A stretch of 64,000 nt of DNA from Phormidesmis sp. (GTDB taxonomy: Bacteria > Cyanobacteriota > Cyanobacteriia > Leptolyngbyales > Leptolyngbyaceae), in assembly GCA_965248535.1 (NCBI GenBank), contig CBDFJR010000005.1, forward strand, positions 2,304,001 through 2,368,000, given 5' to 3'. Positions within the stretch are counted from its first letter, which is position 1. Every line of letters begins with the position of its first letter. Shown here in pieces: positions 61,301 to 64,000 of the stretch. The translations under genes and the position numbers were made by a program. The notes beneath the pieces are model-generated. The model saw nothing but the letters and a program-made list of their open reading frames with translations. It was not told the origin of the DNA and ran no database searches.

Positions 61301-62068
61301 TTGAATGCCCCGTTAGCGATCTGTAAAGCGGTTGTGCTGTATGTGTTTCGGACACTGGTTGAAGATGATATCCCCCTCAATGCTGGGTGCCTTAAGCCCT
61401 TAGACATCATTGTTCCAGAGGGCTGCTTACTCAATCCCCGCTATCCGGCTGCGGTGGTGGCAGGCAATGTCGAAACCTCACAAGCGATCGCCAATGCGTT
61501 GTATGGTGCCCTCGGTATCATGGCAGCATCGCAAGGCACCATGAACAATTTCACCTTTGGCAACGAGCACTATCAGTATTATGAGACAATTTGTGGTGGT
61601 TCTGGGGCAGGTGCCACGTTTGACGGAACGGACGCAGTTCAAACCCATATGACAAACTCGCGGTTGACTGACCCGGAAGTCTTAGAGTGGCGGTTTCCGG
61701 TGTTGGTGGAAGCGTTTATGATCCGGGCTAACAGTGGCGGCGCTGGAAAGCATCGAGGGGGCAATGGAACCATTCGCCGGATTCAATTTCGCGAAGCCAT
61801 GACCGCAGCCATTTTGTCGGGTCATCGGGTGGTGGCACCCTTTGGGTTAGCGGGTGGCGAATCTGGAGCGATCGGGCACAACTCAGTCCTGCGTCGGGAT
61901 GGAACAACTGAATTTCTCGCCAGCAAAGCAGAAGTTCAAATGAATTCCGGCGATGTTTTCATCATCGAAACGCCAGGGGGCGGTGGATATGGCTCGATCG
62001 CCAGCTTAGTTAACCTCGATACTCGGCAAGCGCCGTTTGTTCACCCACCGGAAAACGGCTGCGATTAA
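58310..62068 (+). CDS. oplA: ATP-dependent 5-oxoprolinase (fused hydantoinase A/B type)
   Basis: DRGGTFTD, GTTVATNALLER, DMGGTSTD, NIKERLDFSCA, HIPVHLGSM, ETPGGGGYG. Confidence 0.93.
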   Translation: MLKVFADRGGTFTDLVVVTDDQSIVDRLSQTSKRFQIVALADQQWIILYKLLSEQPQQYQDAVIQGIRDILGLSCHQLIPAGTVEVVKMGTTVATNALLERQGERTLLLITKGFRDALQIGYQNRPNIFARQIVLPERLYERVIEVDERYTAQGEDFVPITAHEETRLTVALQRAHNDGIRACAIVFLHGYRYPQHEQQVATIARSIGFVQVSVSHDVSPLMKLISRGDTTVVDAYLSPILRRYVDQVGAELNPALELSTKLEFMKSDGGLTDAQWFQGKDSILSGPAGGIVGAVKTSTAAGFDKIIGFDMGGTSTDVSHFNGEYERTFETEIAGVRLRAPMMSIHTVAAGGGSIVTFDGSRCRVGPQSAGAHPGPACYRKGGSLTVTDCNVRLGKIQPEFFPHVFGSEGNLPLDRDIVQQKFATLSAEIHEKTGDCRTDEQVAAGFLAIAIDKMANAIKKISVQRGYDVTQYTLCCFGGAGGQHACLIAEALGMSQIFIHPFAGVLSAYGIGLADLRTLKERTVETHLTAEIMPTLEQMLETLTADGRAEIAAQGVRDDRIQVLLKTRLRYAGTDSTLPIDFSDAETMRLQFEQVYRQRYGFVMPNKALIVEAVSVEAIGHAMPLTDPLLPLSRTTPLTPIATVKIYTKSSWHDTPVYQRQDLRPGDRITGAALILEPTGTNVLEPGWCAELTQQNHLVVRQTNPVKQEDADAVVVSSSSPDPVLLEIFNNLVRAIAEEMGVTLQNTSYSVNIKERLDFSCAIFDHQGQLVANAPHIPVHLGSMSESVSSLIRARGNMLKPGDAYASNNPYNGGTHLPDITVITPVFVSDAVVPMFYVASRGHHADIGGITPGSMPPHSTTIDQEGILLDNAPIVDQGHFQEARLLEWLSAGDYPVRNPVQNLADLRAQIAANERGVKELHHMVEQYGLATVQVYMHHVQENAEASVRRAIEVLKDGSFSYAMDDGSEICVKITIDHHTRSACVDFTGTSPQQSTNLNAPLAICKAVVLYVFRTLVEDDIPLNAGCLKPLDIIVPEGCLLNPRYPAAVVAGNVETSQAIANALYGALGIMAASQGTMNNFTFGNEHYQYYETICGGSGAGATFDGTDAVQTHMTNSRLTDPEVLEWRFPVLVEAFMIRANSGGAGKHRGGNGTIRRIQFREAMTAAILSGHRVVAPFGLAGGESGAIGHNSVLRRDGTTEFLASKAEVQMNSGDVFIIETPGGGGYGSIASLVNLDTRQAPFVHPPENGCD

Positions 62069-62136
62069 ATGTCTGACCCTGTGTTACCAGCAGGTTGAGC
62101 AGCAATCGCGATCGGGTGGGGTCTGACCAGAGGGGT

Positions 62137-62901
62137 TTATTTTGGAGCGCAGCAGGGGGTGAGAGTAGGGGGAGCGGTAAGGTTTTGTTGCTGAAGGAGT
62201 TGATTCCAGGCGGCGATCGTAGGGTTAGTTTTAGAGATACGAAGTTGAGTCCCTAGTTCCGACAGGGCATCGTACCAAATTCCAGATTTTGCATAACTCG
62301 TCGCACGGTCTAACGGCGTTTTGGCGATCGCGAGTTCTTGGCGTAATTTGGGAGAAGCCGTGATGCGTTGAAGGGTGCCCCGACGAACCACAGGAGTATC
62401 GATCGCTTCATCGCAAAAGATTGCCAGTTCCCAGCGATAGGTTCCTTGAGTTAGAGGTGGGGCGGTCGTGGGCATCGAAAGGCTGATGATCTGGGAAGTC
62501 GAGGTTGTTTTAGGAATGCGGAGCGTTGTTTTATAAATCAGCTTGCCCTTGGCATCTTGGAGTCGCCATTGGGCAGGAGCTTCGGTGTTAATTTGGGCGG
62601 GAAGGCTAAACCAAACCGTTGGACGATCGCGAACCGTTAAGCCCCACAGCGTGTCTGGACGAATCGCCGGAACCAAGGCTGTAAGGCTCTGGTAGCGTTC
62701 TTCACAGGCACCTCGATGCCCACCGCCCTGCCCACGATCGCTCGGTTCACCCGGATCAGGAGGAGTCGGTGGATCAAAGCGAATTTGCTGCGGAATTTGA
62801 GGGGTTGCTTCGCTAAGGGGAATGTCTCCCCCTAAACTAGCGATCAAGAGCGTGATTGCTGCGATGAATGCTGGAGGGAATACTGTTGTTAAACTAGACA
62901 T
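62137..62901 (-). CDS. DUF928 domain protein
   Basis: GGGHRGAC...LTALVP...PTVWF...YRWELAIFC...GIWYDAL...W..LL. Confidence 0.88.
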   Translation of the reverse strand: MSSLTTVFPPAFIAAITLLIASLGGDIPLSEATPQIPQQIRFDPPTPPDPGEPSDRGQGGGHRGACEERYQSLTALVPAIRPDTLWGLTVRDRPTVWFSLPAQINTEAPAQWRLQDAKGKLIYKTTLRIPKTTSTSQIISLSMPTTAPPLTQGTYRWELAIFCDEAIDTPVVRRGTLQRITASPKLRQELAIAKTPLDRATSYAKSGIWYDALSELGTQLRISKTNPTIAAWNQLLQQQNLTAPPTLTPCCAPK

Positions 62902-62944
62902 CTCAGGAGTTTCTCTAATAGGTCAACGATAGTCTTAACAGGAT

Positions 62945-64000
62945 TTAATTGTCTTTTATAATCGTGAAGCGATAAGCAACGATACAAGCCGTTAATCCCA
63001 TAACTCCCAGCGTAGGCACCAGCGGAATCCAGCCGCCGCTAATCAATAGACAGTAGGATACACCCATAACCACACCACTGCTGAACAACAGCGCGATCGT
63101 AAAGCCTCTGGCATGGCGAAACCTCCAAGCAATCAGTCCTCCGACTAGGGAGCCGCTGCCGATCCACAGCACTTCAACCCAAGACGGCCACACCCACAGC
63201 AAGGGGCGGCGATCGAGCACAGCACTCAGCATCTGACTGACCATCTGAGCATGAATCAACACACCCGGCACTCGCTGCGGAAAGCTTTTCCCGTAGGGGG
63301 TTGCAAAAGAATCGCCGCTACTGGGCGCAGTCATGCCAATCAAGACCACTCGATCTCGGATGGCTTCAAGATTCATTTGTCCACTGAGTATCTGACGCAC
63401 GGTGACTTGTTGAGCAATCGTTTGCGGCGGCAGCGATCGATAGTTCAGCAAGACCTGACTTCCCCGTGCATCCAGTTGTTGGTATCCACTCACGCGATCG
63501 CTCAGTCCTAAGAACGTGGTGCTGGCTAATTTGAGATATCGCTCAGGCGTAAATGTGGGCAAAATTGGGCTAGGTTCTGCTGCAAGATAACGAAAGGCAA
63601 GCTGAACACTCAGAGCATAGGGTGTCGTGCAGGTCGCGATTGTCTTAGGGCTAACAAACAACAAGTGACGACGAATCACACTATCTTCGTCTTGCACAAA
63701 ATCACTAAAGCCAATCTTGCTAGCGCGAATGTTAGGCGGTGGCGCAACGCCCGTTAAGTCGCGAGACATCGGATCAGGACGCTTGCAAACGGCAATCAGT
63801 TGATCGCGCTGAGTTAATTGCTCTAATCGTTGTTGAAGCGAGGAATTTTGGGTGGGAAAATCGCGGTAAAGATCCAATCCGATCACACGGGGATGATAGC
63901 GCGACAGAATTTCTAGCAATCGATCGAGTGTTGCATCAGATAATGATCCGGCGTTCTGTTTTTCGATATCTTCTTCATCAATTCGCACAATCAGCAATCG
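62945..64000 (-). CDS. CHASE2 domain protein (3' part; starts outside the window)
   Basis: IDEEDI, PRVIGLDLYRD, GFSDFVQD...RR, PGVLIHAQMVSQ, three C-terminal TMs. Confidence 0.92.
   Translation of the reverse strand, partial: RLLIVRIDEEDIEKQNAGSLSDATLDRLLEILSRYHPRVIGLDLYRDFPTQNSSLQQRLEQLTQRDQLIAVCKRPDPMSRDLTGVAPPPNIRASKIGFSDFVQDEDSVIRRHLLFVSPKTIATCTTPYALSVQLAFRYLAAEPSPILPTFTPERYLKLASTTFLGLSDRVSGYQQLDARGSQVLLNYRSLPPQTIAQQVTVRQILSGQMNLEAIRDRVVLIGMTAPSSGDSFATPYGKSFPQRVPGVLIHAQMVSQMLSAVLDRRPLLWVWPSWVEVLWIGSGSLVGGLIAWRFRHARGFTIALLFSSGVVMGVSYCLLISGGWIPLVPTLGVMGLTACIVAYRFTIIKDN

Noticed and set aside
1..64000. High density of GCGATCGC
   Set aside because: This is the ordinary cyanobacterial HIP1; used only as a taxonomic clue

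Overview
This is cyanobacterial DNA: the HIP1 octamer GCGATCGC is very frequent and the gene families are typical of filamentous, Leptolyngbya-like strains. It reads as a mosaic accessory region. (1) 1-7.5 kb holds signalling genes plus an orphan, frameshifted hcp with a tnpB-only IS200/IS605-family element inserted just upstream. (2) 7.8-30.3 kb is a metal-homeostasis island: cobalamin riboswitch-cbtB-unknown membrane protein, a PadR regulator, coaT/coaR, a frameshifted Cu-ATPase, CopZ, a Csp-like protein, CopM-like DUF305 with MerR- and CopR-type operators, and rubrerythrin-VIT1, with GST, FAD oxidoreductases and an IS4 remnant interspersed. (3) 30.5-46.8 kb is the distal (baseplate) half of a contractile injection system locus, co-oriented with a two-component pair, a pseudokinase-periplasmic binding protein and an FHA protein. 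It is interrupted by an oppositely oriented 6 kb insert carrying a 42-bp repeat array with a small helical protein, and a translationally coupled EACC1-like / CHAT protease-STAND ATPase-TPR pair with 11 near-identical 120-bp repeats; this pair is the best candidate for a defence or conflict system. (4) 46.9-64 kb holds a kinase-GUN4/GUN4/COP23 block, DUF1822 and sigma-like genes, hydrolases and an SDR, 5-oxoprolinase, DUF928 and CHASE2. No rRNA, tRNA or CRISPR array was seen. All family calls come from motif recognition by eye, not from database searches.
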